Below, one piece after another: positions 7,777-17,740 of a stretch of DNA of 64,000 nt (position 1 is its first letter; each line of letters begins with the position of its first letter). Below the pieces are notes generated by a model, which saw only the letters and a list, made by a program, of their open reading frames with translations, was not told the DNA's origin and ran no database searches. The DNA comes from a bacterium (lineage in GTDB: Bacteria; UBA8248), in the NCBI GenBank assembly GCA_963692865.2, contig OY843592.1:416001-480000 (forward strand), given 5' to 3'. The translations under genes and the position numbers were made by a program.

Positions 7777-10248
7777 ATTGTAGCTGATCGATGCCTGCGC
7801 GCAATCCACAACCCTTATAGCGCAGAGCCATGCGACGTTTTATTGTAGCTGATCGATGCCTGCGCGCAATCCACAACCTTACTTGCACGGTGTAGACACG
7901 ACCTGCTATTGTAGCTGATCGATGCCTGCGCGCAATCCACAACCGAAGCTTGCCAAGAGTGGCGATGAACGTTATTGTAGCTGATCGATGCCTGCGCGCA
8001 ATCCACAACTCCCCCTTTATTCTTGCCCCTTGTTTTTGATTGTAGCTGATCGATGCCTGCGCGCAATCCACAACTCGTTCCGTGTCCACCGCCAGGATCG
8101 GGTTATTGTAGCTGATCGATGCCTGCGCGCAATCCACAACCAAAGTTACGCTTTCCGAAAACGCGACGCATTGTAGCTGATCGATGCCTGCGCGCAATCC
8201 ACAACAATGACATTCGCCGGGTCGCTTTGGCGGCTATTGTAGCTGATCGATGCCTGCGCGCAATCCACAACTGGTGACGTCATACAACATTTATGACGGG
8301 AATTGTAGCTGATCGATGCCTGCGCGCAATCCACAACTGTGCAGGCCCGTACGAAGAATGGCCTGCATTGTAGCTGATCGATGCCTGCGCGCAATCCACA
8401 ACCCCATGACGAGGCCTTTGATTAGGCTTCCTATTGTAGCTGATCGATGCCTGCGCGCAATCCACAACTCCAGGCGAATTTCATACCCTCAATCACGCAT
8501 TGTAGCTGATCGATGCCTGCGCGCAATCCACAACTGGCCCGCCGTGAAGCCGATCCGGCGGCGGATTGTAGCTGATCGATGCCTGCGCGCAATCCACAAC
8601 CGAGGCGATGGAGGGGATGTCGCCACGATTATTGTAGCTGATCGATGCCTGCGCGCAATCCACAACTTTGACGTTGAGTTTCCGACTGAAACAATGAATT
8701 GTAGCTGATCGATGCCTGCGCGCAATCCACAACTTTGACGTTGAGTTTCCGACTGAAACAATGAATTGTAGCTGATCGATGCCTGCGCGCAATCCACAAC
8801 CCGGAAACATTCGGCCACCTTCCGCACGTATTGTAGCTGATCGATGCCTGCGCGCAATCCACAACCACGTCGTCAACGCCCGCGATGAGGGTTGCATTGT
8901 AGCTGATCGATGCCTGCGCGCAATCCACAACTTGAGCGCCCTCCTGCAACCCATGCCAACGATTGTAGCTGATCGATGCCTGCGCGCAATCCACAACTGT
9001 GTCGCTTTCGTTGTCTGCGGTAGCTCCATTGTAGCTGATCGATGCCTGCGCGCAATCCACAACTGTTCGCCACGGACAGCTTGCGCACGGCTTATTGTAG
9101 CTGATCGATGCCTGCGCGCAATCCACAACTAATTCTTCTACGCCCTAAGCACTCCGCCATTGTAGCTGATCGATGCCTGCGCGCAATCCACAACAAGAAC
9201 AGATCCGTATCCCGACACTTCGCGATTGTAGCTGATCGATGCCTGCGCGCAATCCACAACCACCACCATGATGTGCGCCGCATACAGCAATTGTAGCTGA
9301 TCGATGCCTGCGCGCAATCCACAACTAGATGCGGCCGACGACGTCGATCTCCATCATTGTAGCTGATCGATGCCTGCGCGCAATCCACAACCGCTCCGGC
9401 TCGGCTCCTCCTTCGACTATCATTGTAGCTGATCGATGCCTGCGCGCAATCCACAACAAGGCGCCAAGTACTATCCTGAGCTCTCTGATTGTAGCTGATC
9501 GATGCCTGCGCGCAATCCACAACTCTCAATCGGCTTTGGTGAAAACGCTCCGCATTGTAGCTGATCGATGCCTGCGCGCAATCCACAACTGATGAGGATA
9601 TAGTCATCACTGGCGCAAGATTGTAGCTGATCGATGCCTGCGCGCAATCCACAACAGAACAACACGAATTACCTCAAGGGATGGCATTGTAGCTGATCGA
9701 TGCCTGCGCGCAATCCACAACTCTATTGCGATTGGTATCATTATTGTTGCATTGTAGCTGATCGATGCCTGCGCGCAATCCACAACTGTGTTGCTTTCGT
9801 TGTTTGTGGGAGCTCCATTGTAGCTGATCGATGCCTGCGCGCAATCCACAACGCGGGCGCGATGACGCCAGCCGGAAGGGAGATTGTAGCTGATCGATGC
9901 CTGCGCGCAATCCACAACAATGAGCGCATCAGCCGCTTCGTGTAGTGGATTGTAGCTGATCGATGCCTGCGCGCAATCCACAACTCCATACCCATCACCC
10001 AAGCACCTTGAACAATTGTAGCTGATCGATGCCTGCGCGCAATCCACAACTAGGTTATTGTTGCGGCCCTACCCATGATGATTGTAGCTGATCGATGCCT
10101 GCGCGCAATCCACAACACCTCACGTCGCCGAGCGATGAAGAGGTCAATTGTAGCTGATCGATGCCTGCGCGCAATCCACAACGGATGGGCCGATGGGTTG
10201 CTGGCTATCATGATTGTAGCTGATCGATGCCTGCGCGCAATCCACAAC
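7777..10248 (-). CRISPR. CRISPR array: 38 identical 36-bp repeats (GTTGTGGATTGCGCGCAGGCATCGATCAGCTACAAT on minus), 37 spacers of 29-31 bp
   Basis: Counted directly. Orientation inferred from tracrRNA complementarity and the II-C-type GTTGT...GCTACAAT ends. Confidence 0.98.
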
Positions 10249-10268
10249 GGCTTTCAGTATTTATATCG

Positions 10269-11009
10269 TCATGGGGTGGCGTCCTCCCACCCCCTGAAAC
10301 CCAACAAGCCATCGTCGCCGAAATCGAAGCCGAACAGGCCCTGGTCGAGAGGTGGCCGCAAACCACAGTTACTTTGACGACTGGCGCAGGCCCAATTAAA
10401 GTGTAGCAAGTCGAGAGGTGGCCGCAAACCACAGTCGCTTTCAGTATTTATATCGTCATGGGGAGAGGCGTTCTGGACTTTCTCCGGGTCCAGTTTCGCC
10501 AGAATCTCGAAGCTGTGCGCTCCCTTGTTGTAGCATTGTTTCTGGGTGTTGCGAGTGGCATCTTTCAGGCCCTTCTCGATATTACCTTTGGCGATTTGCT
10601 CAATCCGTAGATTTTGCGGGAGCGCATTCTCCCGGTAGCCCTGACCAAAGAATTCCTTTAGCGCATCCTTATCGGCCAGAAACCACGACTCCACGATTTG
10701 CACCATGAGGTGGCACTGGTTGTCCGCCGCGCCCTCGGGACGGGGCCATCCGTCGCGTTTGTTGAGGTGTCGCCATGATCCTGCTTCATTCACCGGTTCC
10801 TCGGCATCTACGAGAAGCATGGCGCTTCCTTGTTGATGGGCGACCACGAAATCATTGTATGCGTTGCCACGACCGCCGCAGGCTACGATTCTGGGCATCA
10901 TTCCAGCCAAACCCGCCTTCTCGATGAAAGTCCGAAAACCTTCGCGGCACGCCGTCCTCAGAATTTTGCCGTCGCCGCCGCCTTCCACACAGAGCTTGAT
11001 GCTCACCAC
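10269..11009 (-). CDS. DUF4276-like (TOPRIM-like) protein; C-terminal tail reads through CRISPR-derived DNA
   Basis: LCVEGGG, LLVDAE, VESWFLAD, Y.KG.HS motifs; overlaps the ATPase stop. Confidence 0.8.
   Translation of the reverse strand: MVSIKLCVEGGGDGKILRTACREGFRTFIEKAGLAGMMPRIVACGGRGNAYNDFVVAHQQGSAMLLVDAEEPVNEAGSWRHLNKRDGWPRPEGAADNQCHLMVQIVESWFLADKDALKEFFGQGYRENALPQNLRIEQIAKGNIEKGLKDATRNTQKQCYNKGAHSFEILAKLDPEKVQNASPHDDINTESDCGLRPPLDLLHFNWACASRQSNCGLRPPLDQGLFGFDFGDDGLLGFRGWEDATP
10281..10346 (+). pseudogene. Short fragment resembling a type I R-M HsdS / N6-methylase conserved segment
   Basis: Reads VLPPPETQQAIVAEIEAEQALV, like the (I)PLPPLE.Q..IV..IE conserved region. Confidence 0.6.
10344..10435 (-). 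CRISPR. Vestigial mini-array with a second repeat type (ACTGTGGTTTGCGGCCACCTCTCGACTTGCTACACT): one full repeat, one 30-bp spacer, one truncated repeat
   Basis: 26-bp identical cores at 10344-10369 and 10410-10435, 66-bp period; full 36-mer at 10400-10435. Confidence 0.8.
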
Positions 11010-12202
11010 CTGTTTCCTCCGATATCCCCGCGTGTCCAGAGTTCGCCGAGGCGGTATTTATCGAGCCAGGGTTCGAGTTCGTTTGCGTCGAGGCGGTGAA
11101 GCCGCGTGGCGCCTTCGGACTTCTCGCAGACGACGATGGCTTCCGGCGTGTCCGTGAGCGCATCCACGAGAACGTCGGAGTGCGTCGTTACGAAAATCTG
11201 GCTGCGCGATGACGCCTCGACGAGTAGTTTCGCCACTTCCGGGATGATGTCCGGATGCAGCCCGATCTCCGGCTCCTCGATGCAGACGACCGGCGGCGGG
11301 TCGGGGTGGCAGAGCACGGCGAGCAGGCACAGGTAGCGCAGGCTCCCGTCCGAGAGCCGCGTGGCGGGCACGGAATGTTGCAGGTCTTCTTCGTGGAGGA
11401 ATATCTGCACCTCGCCGGTCGCTATGTCAGTAGTGACATCCCCTATTGATTGATAGAAGGTTCTCAAATGTTCCAGTATCTGGCGTTTTAGGGGAGGGCG
11501 GTTCAACAGATCGTTCAGAACCAAAGCGAGGTTCGAGGCGTCCTCCAGAAGATTTTTCTTTGGCAGGTCGGTTCGCCCCGGACTGCGCGGCGGCTCGCCG
11601 TGCTCGAAACTCCATTCGCGATAGAAGCGCATACGCTCGAATTCATCGGCCAGATAGGTCAACTCGGGATAAGAATCGGGGTCTCGCCGCTGTGAGAGAA
11701 TCGACTGGTCGTACTTTACGTCTTCTCGCTTGAGATGTCGTTTGTGACCGGGTTCCTCCTCAGTGAAAACATTGAGCGCCGGATGGCCGTCTTGATAGCG
11801 GTAGTAGAAAAAAGGATCTTGTTTGTCTGGTGTCGGTTTCTCGTTCTCCACGGCCTCGTCTTTGAGTTCGAAACGCGATCCGGATTCCGTGAACGACAGT
11901 CGATATCTGAGGGGCTGCTGTCCCTTTGGGTATTCGAGGGTAGCGTCCACGGTCGCCTTGCCGGGTTCGTGCGTTCCCTTCCAGAGCCAATGGCGGACGC
12001 CTCCCCCAGTCCGAATCGGCTCTTGAAGCTCTTTGCCGGGTGCGGCGGCGAGAAGGGATAGCGCTTCGATCAGGTTCGACTTACCCGAAGCGTTCGGCCC
12101 GATGAGGACGTTGAGCGGCTCCAGGGGAAACTCTTCGGACGAAGGGCCGTAGGAGAGGACGTTCTCCAGGCGGATCGTCCGAATGAACCTCCTGCCCTCC
12201 AT
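11003..12202 (-). CDS. AAA_21/AbiEii-like ABC-type ATPase
   Basis: Walker A GPNASGKSN, signature LSDGS, Walker B/D-loop IEEPEIGLHP, H-loop TTHS. Confidence 0.9.
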   Translation of the reverse strand: MEGRRFIRTIRLENVLSYGPSSEEFPLEPLNVLIGPNASGKSNLIEALSLLAAAPGKELQEPIRTGGGVRHWLWKGTHEPGKATVDATLEYPKGQQPLRYRLSFTESGSRFELKDEAVENEKPTPDKQDPFFYYRYQDGHPALNVFTEEEPGHKRHLKREDVKYDQSILSQRRDPDSYPELTYLADEFERMRFYREWSFEHGEPPRSPGRTDLPKKNLLEDASNLALVLNDLLNRPPLKRQILEHLRTFYQSIGDVTTDIATGEVQIFLHEEDLQHSVPATRLSDGSLRYLCLLAVLCHPDPPPVVCIEEPEIGLHPDIIPEVAKLLVEASSRSQIFVTTHSDVLVDALTDTPEAIVVCEKSEGATRLHRLDANELEPWLDKYRLGELWTRGDIGGNRW

Positions 12203-12544
12203 GCTCTGCTCTCCCCGGGTTCGCCACAACTGAATCAGGATCATTTTCGGGAACAGGATAGCATACGCGGGCGTATAACCCACCAGCCGCGCGGCTCACA
12301 ATCGGAGGGTCGCCTCGCCCGGCGATTTTTCGCTTATCGGTTGGAATCGCCCCGCCTATTTCAGGATACGCCGCCGATATTTCGCGTTAAAGCCGGGTTT
12401 TTCCCCGTCCGCAAAGCAGGGCGGTTCGCGAACCGCCCTTGCGGGACGCCGGACGAGAGGGTTCCGGCCCGACGGGCGAAGCCGCGCGCGGGGGCAATCC
12501 CCGCCCCGCCCGATCAGGCCCTTCGGTACAAACGCTCCTTTCTC

Positions 12545-12719
12545 GGGGTTGTTGAAAAAGCCCTTGCGGGCCGGTCGGTATCTCACCGTAGGGGCCGCAT
12601 ATCATGCGGCCCTGCCTTTTCGCCTTCACAATACGGGTCGCATGATATGTCAGACATATATGTCTGACCTACGGGTAAAACGTGGTTGATGCGAGAGGGA
12701 TAGGTTTTTCAACAACCCC
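12545..12719. mobile_element. MITE-like element with GGGGTTGTTGAAAAA terminal inverted repeats, carrying REP-like palindromes
   Basis: 15-bp perfect TIRs; internal GTCAGACATATATGTCTGAC palindrome. Confidence 0.7.
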
Positions 12720-13166
12720 TTGTCAGGGGGGTGGAAGCGACGCCCCCGGCGAGGGGTTTTTCAACTACCCCTTATCGGCTGGAATTGGCCCGCCCGTTCC
12801 GGGATACGCCGCGGATGTTTCGCGTTAAAGTCGTGATTGACTCGCAAAAGCGGCGTGAATTTCAAGCCGCGCATTTCCCCGCAATTGCCGTGTCCAAGTT
12901 TTCGCGCGCGCGGGCGATACTCCCGCGCGGGGAATCGACCCCGGTTGACGGGCAGGGGATTGCCGATCAAGGAGCGGGGGGCGCCGTTCCCGTCGATGGA
13001 GGAGGAGAAAATGATGCGAGCGGTTCGGTCGTCGATGCGCTCCCGGGCGGGGCGCTCCCTCCCCGGCCGGGCGTGCGCCGACTCCGGGAGGAGGACGAAC
13101 GGCGGCCGCTCCCTGCCCGGCGGACCGCGAGCCCCCGCTCATCCGGCCCGGTTCGGCCCCCGCGCG

Positions 13167-13270
13167 GAATTCCTGAAAAATTGTATAAATTCGGATAAAT
13201 TCACGACGTTTTCCGATAAATTCCTGAAAACTTATCTTATTGAATCATAAAGGGTTATGCCGAAACCGGG
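13167..13270 (+). repeat. AT-rich ~104-bp repeat, inverted partner of 23191-23294
   Basis: Near-identical reverse complement; internal ATAAATTC x3 and ATTCCTGAAAA x2. Confidence 0.85.
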
Positions 13271-13285
13271 CCTGAACGGCGCGCC

Positions 13286-14155
13286 TCAGCGGCCAAGAGC
13301 CACGGCGGCCATGCCCGCCACCGTGACGCATACGCCGAGGACGAGCCGGGGCCGCACGCGCGTCATGTCGCGCAGCATGAGGACGGTGAACAGCACCGAG
13401 AAGATGGGCATCGAGGCGATGATGGGGCCGACCACGCTGACCTCGGCGTCCATGAGGGCGAGGTTGTAGAGGAGCTGGTTGCCCGAGTTCAGCACGCCGA
13501 CCAGGATGATCGTCACGACCGCCCAGCGCGGCCCCCAGTCGAACAGCGCGGGCGGGGAGACGAGCCGGAGGCCGCAGATGATGGGGATGCTCACCATGTT
13601 CGACCACGCGACCGTGAGCGCGACGTTCGGCATGGCGTCCAGGCCCTTCTTGCGGATGAACACGCTCACGCCCAGCGAGACCGCGCTCGCGAAACCCCAG
13701 AGGATCCCCGGCCGGAACCAGCGCCCCCGGGCGGGTTCGTAGCTCACCAGGACGACGCCCGCCACAACGAGGCCCGTGCCCGCCAGAACGGCCGGGCCGG
13801 GCTGCTCGCCCAGGAAGAGGACGGCCAGGGACAGGCTGAGCAGGGGGGAGGCGCTCATGAGCGTCATCAGCCTCGGCGGGCCGATGGAATCAATCGCCTT
13901 GTAGTAGACGAGCCGCCCGTAGCTGTAGGCGGTGACGCCCAGAAGGGCGAACCAGAGCATGCCTTCGAGCGTTACGTCCTCAGGGTCGTATTCCCACCAG
14001 CCGAAGAGGGCCAGGACGAGCATGTTGAAGACGTTGGTGAGCAGGGTGGCGGACATCAGGCCCATATGCCGCAGGGGCCGCGCGGCGAGGACACCCGTGA
14101 ACGCCGCCATGATCGCCGCCGCCAGCGCCCAGACGACCCCCATCGTATTGTCCAT
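13286..14155 (-). CDS. DMT/EamA family transporter
   Basis: ~10 TM helices, two EamA repeats, LAVLFLGE motif. Confidence 0.9.
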   Translation of the reverse strand: MDNTMGVVWALAAAIMAAFTGVLAARPLRHMGLMSATLLTNVFNMLVLALFGWWEYDPEDVTLEGMLWFALLGVTAYSYGRLVYYKAIDSIGPPRLMTLMSASPLLSLSLAVLFLGEQPGPAVLAGTGLVVAGVVLVSYEPARGRWFRPGILWGFASAVSLGVSVFIRKKGLDAMPNVALTVAWSNMVSIPIICGLRLVSPPALFDWGPRWAVVTIILVGVLNSGNQLLYNLALMDAEVSVVGPIIASMPIFSVLFTVLMLRDMTRVRPRLVLGVCVTVAGMAAVALGR

Positions 14156-14162
14156 GGCCGGA

Positions 14163-15038
14163 TCAGCCGTGCCGGCCGACGCTCACGGCCACGATGCCCA
14201 GCACGGCGATGAAAATCCCCAGAACCACGCGCGCGTTCAGGCGTTCGATGTCGCGCAGGAACAAGGCCGAGAGGCACAGGGCGAAAATCGGCGTGCTGCT
14301 CAGGATGGGAACCGCCAGCGAGAGCTTCCCCTGGAGAGAGAGGTTGATGAGGATCTGCATCAGCCCGTTGATCGTCGTCCCGAAGACCAGCAGCGGTACG
14401 TAGCGCTTCGAGCCCCACTCGAAATACCGCTTCGGGAGAAAATGCCGCAAGGCCTCGGAAGTCGGGATGGCGACCATGGCCGACCAGGCGGTGAGCAGGG
14501 CGGGCGCCGCCATGTGGGACATTCCCTGCTTGCGCATGAACGCGCTGGCGACCAGCATGAGCATGCTCATGAGCGACCAGCCGACGCCAGCGCGGAACCA
14601 CCTGCCGCCCGAGGGCTCGTAGCTCACGGCGGCTACGCCCAGGACGACGAGGATCGTTCCGAGCAAAACCCACCGGCCGGGTTCTTCCCCCAGGAAGATG
14701 ACGGCCAGAATCAGGCTGGGAAGCGGGACCATGCTCGTGATGGTGATGTGGCGCGAGGGGCCGACGATGTTCATGCCGGTGTAGAAGACCCAGCGGTTGA
14801 TGCTGTAGTTCATCACGCCCAGAACGCCGAACCAGGCGAACGCCTCCCAGCGGAAACTCCCCGGCTCGTAGAGCCAGAAGCCGACGGCCCCCAGCATGAT
14901 GGTGTTGCCCACGTTGTTGAACTGGGCCAGGGCGAACGAACCCATCTGGCGCAGGGCGGGCGCGAAGGTGATGTTCGCCGCCGCGCTGACGAAGGCCGCC
15001 GAAATGGCGAGCAGAATGGTTTGGGATTCGAGACTCAT
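14163..15038 (-). CDS. DMT/EamA family transporter (paralogue)
   Basis: Same architecture, LAVIFLGE motif. Confidence 0.9.
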   Translation of the reverse strand: MSLESQTILLAISAAFVSAAANITFAPALRQMGSFALAQFNNVGNTIMLGAVGFWLYEPGSFRWEAFAWFGVLGVMNYSINRWVFYTGMNIVGPSRHITITSMVPLPSLILAVIFLGEEPGRWVLLGTILVVLGVAAVSYEPSGGRWFRAGVGWSLMSMLMLVASAFMRKQGMSHMAAPALLTAWSAMVAIPTSEALRHFLPKRYFEWGSKRYVPLLVFGTTINGLMQILINLSLQGKLSLAVPILSSTPIFALCLSALFLRDIERLNARVVLGIFIAVLGIVAVSVGRHG

Positions 15039-15310
15039 ACGCTCATCGTTTCAAGTCAGGAAACTCTCACGGGTGACGCCGTGGCCGATCGTTCTCGGGC
15101 GATGGAGAGAATATCCCTCCACCCGCCCCGCGTCGATGCGGACAGCCGGGAATTGCATCGCTTCAGGCGCACGAATCCGCACCAAAGCGATAATCAAGCT
15201 TTTTTCAGCTATTTGTCCATTTTCACATGGATGGAACTTTGGTATATCTAAAACCAGTGTTGTGGTGTTTGCCGCCGCCGACATGTCCGATGCGTAGAGA
15301 AGGGAAAAAA

Positions 15311-16783
15311 ATGCGGAATTCTCCTTATCTTCCAAAACTCGAACCGGTGGGTTCAACCTGCGTTCTCGTCCCGATATTCCTCGGTCTGGCCTTGCTTCTC
15401 GCGCCGGTAAAGGCCCAATCCGCAGCTGTCGCGGGAGGGCTCCGGTCCCTGGCCGACCTGGCCGAAAAACTCAGCCCCTCGGTGGTGAACATCAGTACGG
15501 AAACCAAGATTGAAACGAGTTCAAGAGGCGAATTCCCGGGGTTTCCCGGCGATTTGTGGAACGAATTTTTCAGACGCTTTCATGAAGGACCCTTCCGCCC
15601 GGGACCGCGGGGTGGTTTGAGGCCGCGACCCAGACAACAGAACATGGGCTCGGGCTTCATCGTGAATGAAAACGGGCTGATCATCACGAATAATCACGTC
15701 GTAGAAAAGGCATCGAAAATAACGATCCGCTTCAAGGACCAAAAGAAACGGAAAGCGAAGGTCGTCGGCCGCGACCCCCAAACCGATATCGCGCTACTGC
15801 AGGTGGAAACGAAACCCGGGGATACGTTCACCGCGGCGAAGCTGGGCGACAGCGAGAAACTTCGCGTAGGCGACTGGGTGATGGCCATCGGCAATCCGTT
15901 CGGATTGTCCCACACGGTGACGGCCGGCATCGTCAGCGCCAAAGGCCGCGTCATCGGCTCGGGCAGATTCGACAACTTCATTCAAACCGATGCCTCCATC
16001 AATCCGGGAAACAGCGGCGGGCCGCTCTTCGATTTGAACGGAAACGTCGTGGGCATCAACACCGCCATCTTCAGCAGAGGCGGCGGCAACATCGGCATCG
16101 GTTTCGCCATACCGATCAACATGGCGAAGAAGCTGCTCCCCCAGCTTCGCACGGGCGTGGTGACCCGAGGATTTCTGGGCGTGAACATTCAGCCCGTCAA
16201 TGAAAGCCTGGCGAAAGAGTTGGGCCTGAAAAAACCCCGGGGCGCTCTGGTCTCTAACGTTATTGAAAACGCGCCTGCGAAAAAAGCCGGCATCAAAAGA
16301 GGTGACGTGATCGTAGGCATCAATGAGAAAAAAATTGAAAACCCCCGTCAACTCTCCCTTGCTGCGGCCGACTTGAAGCCGGGCTCCATCGCCAAAGTCG
16401 ATATTATTCGAGACGGCGAAAAACGTTTGGTGAAGCTGAAAGTCGCCAAGTTGCCTGGTTCTTCGGAAGAAGTAGCGAAAGCCTCAAAACCCGCGCTTCA
16501 GAGAAAACTGGGCATCGAGGCGCAAAACATGACCCCTGAAATCAGAAAGCAAATCGGAGCGAAAGCGAAGAAAGGCGTTGTCATCTCCAACGTTTTGCCG
16601 GATAGTCCTGCTGAGATGGCTGGCTTGCGCCGGGGTGACGTCATCTTGGAAGCCAACCGCAAGGCGGTTGCCAACACGGAACAGTTGCGAGAAGCGCTCA
16701 AAAAAGGAGAAAACAAGGGGAATCTGCTGGTCGTCGAGCGGCGAGGCACGACGTTCTACGTGGCATTGGAAGGGAAGGGGTAA
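15311..16783 (+). CDS. DegP/DegQ (HtrA) periplasmic serine protease with two PDZ domains
   Basis: TNNHVV, DIALL, QTDASINPGNSGGPL; start codon uncertain. Confidence 0.95.
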   Translation: MRNSPYLPKLEPVGSTCVLVPIFLGLALLLAPVKAQSAAVAGGLRSLADLAEKLSPSVVNISTETKIETSSRGEFPGFPGDLWNEFFRRFHEGPFRPGPRGGLRPRPRQQNMGSGFIVNENGLIITNNHVVEKASKITIRFKDQKKRKAKVVGRDPQTDIALLQVETKPGDTFTAAKLGDSEKLRVGDWVMAIGNPFGLSHTVTAGIVSAKGRVIGSGRFDNFIQTDASINPGNSGGPLFDLNGNVVGINTAIFSRGGGNIGIGFAIPINMAKKLLPQLRTGVVTRGFLGVNIQPVNESLAKELGLKKPRGALVSNVIENAPAKKAGIKRGDVIVGINEKKIENPRQLSLAAADLKPGSIAKVDIIRDGEKRLVKLKVAKLPGSSEEVAKASKPALQRKLGIEAQNMTPEIRKQIGAKAKKGVVISNVLPDSPAEMAGLRRGDVILEANRKAVANTEQLREALKKGENKGNLLVVERRGTTFYVALEGKG

Positions 16784-16785
16784 CT

Positions 16786-17709
16786 GTGGGCGAAACGGCT
16801 CAAAAACAAACCGGATTGAGTGAAAGCATTATTGCCGCGGCTTCGCAAATCTGCCATGAACTGGAGGCCAAGGCCATTTTCATTCACGCGGACGCCATGA
16901 AGGACCTCGACGCCTTGATGGACCTCCCCGTCGGCGTGGAGCATTTCACCACCACCTGCTCCCCCGACCTCTACGAAGAACTGGAAAAACGGGATTGTAA
17001 GGTCTTGCAATTGCCCGCCTTGTCCCTGAACCGGATCGACATCATCAAGATGGGCGTCGTGATCGCCTTGAGCGAAGGCTCCATCACACAGAACGACACC
17101 GTGGTCTGCCTTTCAGGCTTGCCCGAGAACGAAGAAATCGACACGCTCATGGTCTTTCATCTGGATCACGAAAAAGAGATGCTCCAGACATCGGAAACGC
17201 AAAGCGCCGTCGAAGGCGTCGATCCGAAGGTGTTCGAAACGGTCTTGTCGCTCGCTCTCGAACTCGGCGCCGAGGGGCGGGAGGGAAAACCTCGCGGCGC
17301 GCTCTTTGTTCTTGGAGACCATGATCTCGTGCTTCAGTATTCACGCCAGCTCGTCATCAATCCCTTTCATGGATACCCGGAAGAGCAAAGAAACATCATG
17401 GACCCGGCCTTGCGCGAGACCATCAAGGAATTCAGCGCCATCGACGGCGCATTCGTCATTCGCGGAGACGGGATCATCGAAGCCGCCGGCAGGCACCTGA
17501 ACGCGGCGCCCGAGAATGATTTGCCCCCGGGGCTGGGTTCGCGTCATATGGCCGGGGCGGGCATAACGGAAGTCAGCACGGCCATATCCTTTGCCATCAG
17601 CGAGTCAACGGGCAGCGTTACGGTGCTTAAAGACGGCAAGGTATTCATGCAGATCAGCAAGTCGCAGCCTGCCAGGACATCAAGACAAGGAAAAGGCAAA
17701 AAGAAATAG
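16786..17709 (+). CDS. Diadenylate cyclase (DisA_N/DAC domain), CdaZ-like architecture
   Basis: EGREGKPRGALFV, IDGAF, GLGSRHMAGAGIT, SESTG motifs; soluble N-terminal domain. Confidence 0.85.
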   Translation: MGETAQKQTGLSESIIAAASQICHELEAKAIFIHADAMKDLDALMDLPVGVEHFTTTCSPDLYEELEKRDCKVLQLPALSLNRIDIIKMGVVIALSEGSITQNDTVVCLSGLPENEEIDTLMVFHLDHEKEMLQTSETQSAVEGVDPKVFETVLSLALELGAEGREGKPRGALFVLGDHDLVLQYSRQLVINPFHGYPEEQRNIMDPALRETIKEFSAIDGAFVIRGDGIIEAAGRHLNAAPENDLPPGLGSRHMAGAGITEVSTAISFAISESTGSVTVLKDGKVFMQISKSQPARTSRQGKGKKK

Positions 17710-17740
17710 CCGTTGTTCTTACCGTCGGGAGAAAGCAGTC

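Noticed and set aside
9195-9224. Possible self-targeting: AAGAACAGATC also occurs near 59155
   Set aside because: Only 11 nt match. No full spacer match was noticed in the window by eye (not exhaustive).
7712-10250. Many ORFs with repeated peptides (LWIARRHRSAT, VVDCAQASISYN)
   Set aside because: Translations of CRISPR repeats, not genes.
10370-10399. Mini-array spacer targeting the cas9 promoter
   Set aside because: Only TACTTT (6 nt) is shared; insufficient.
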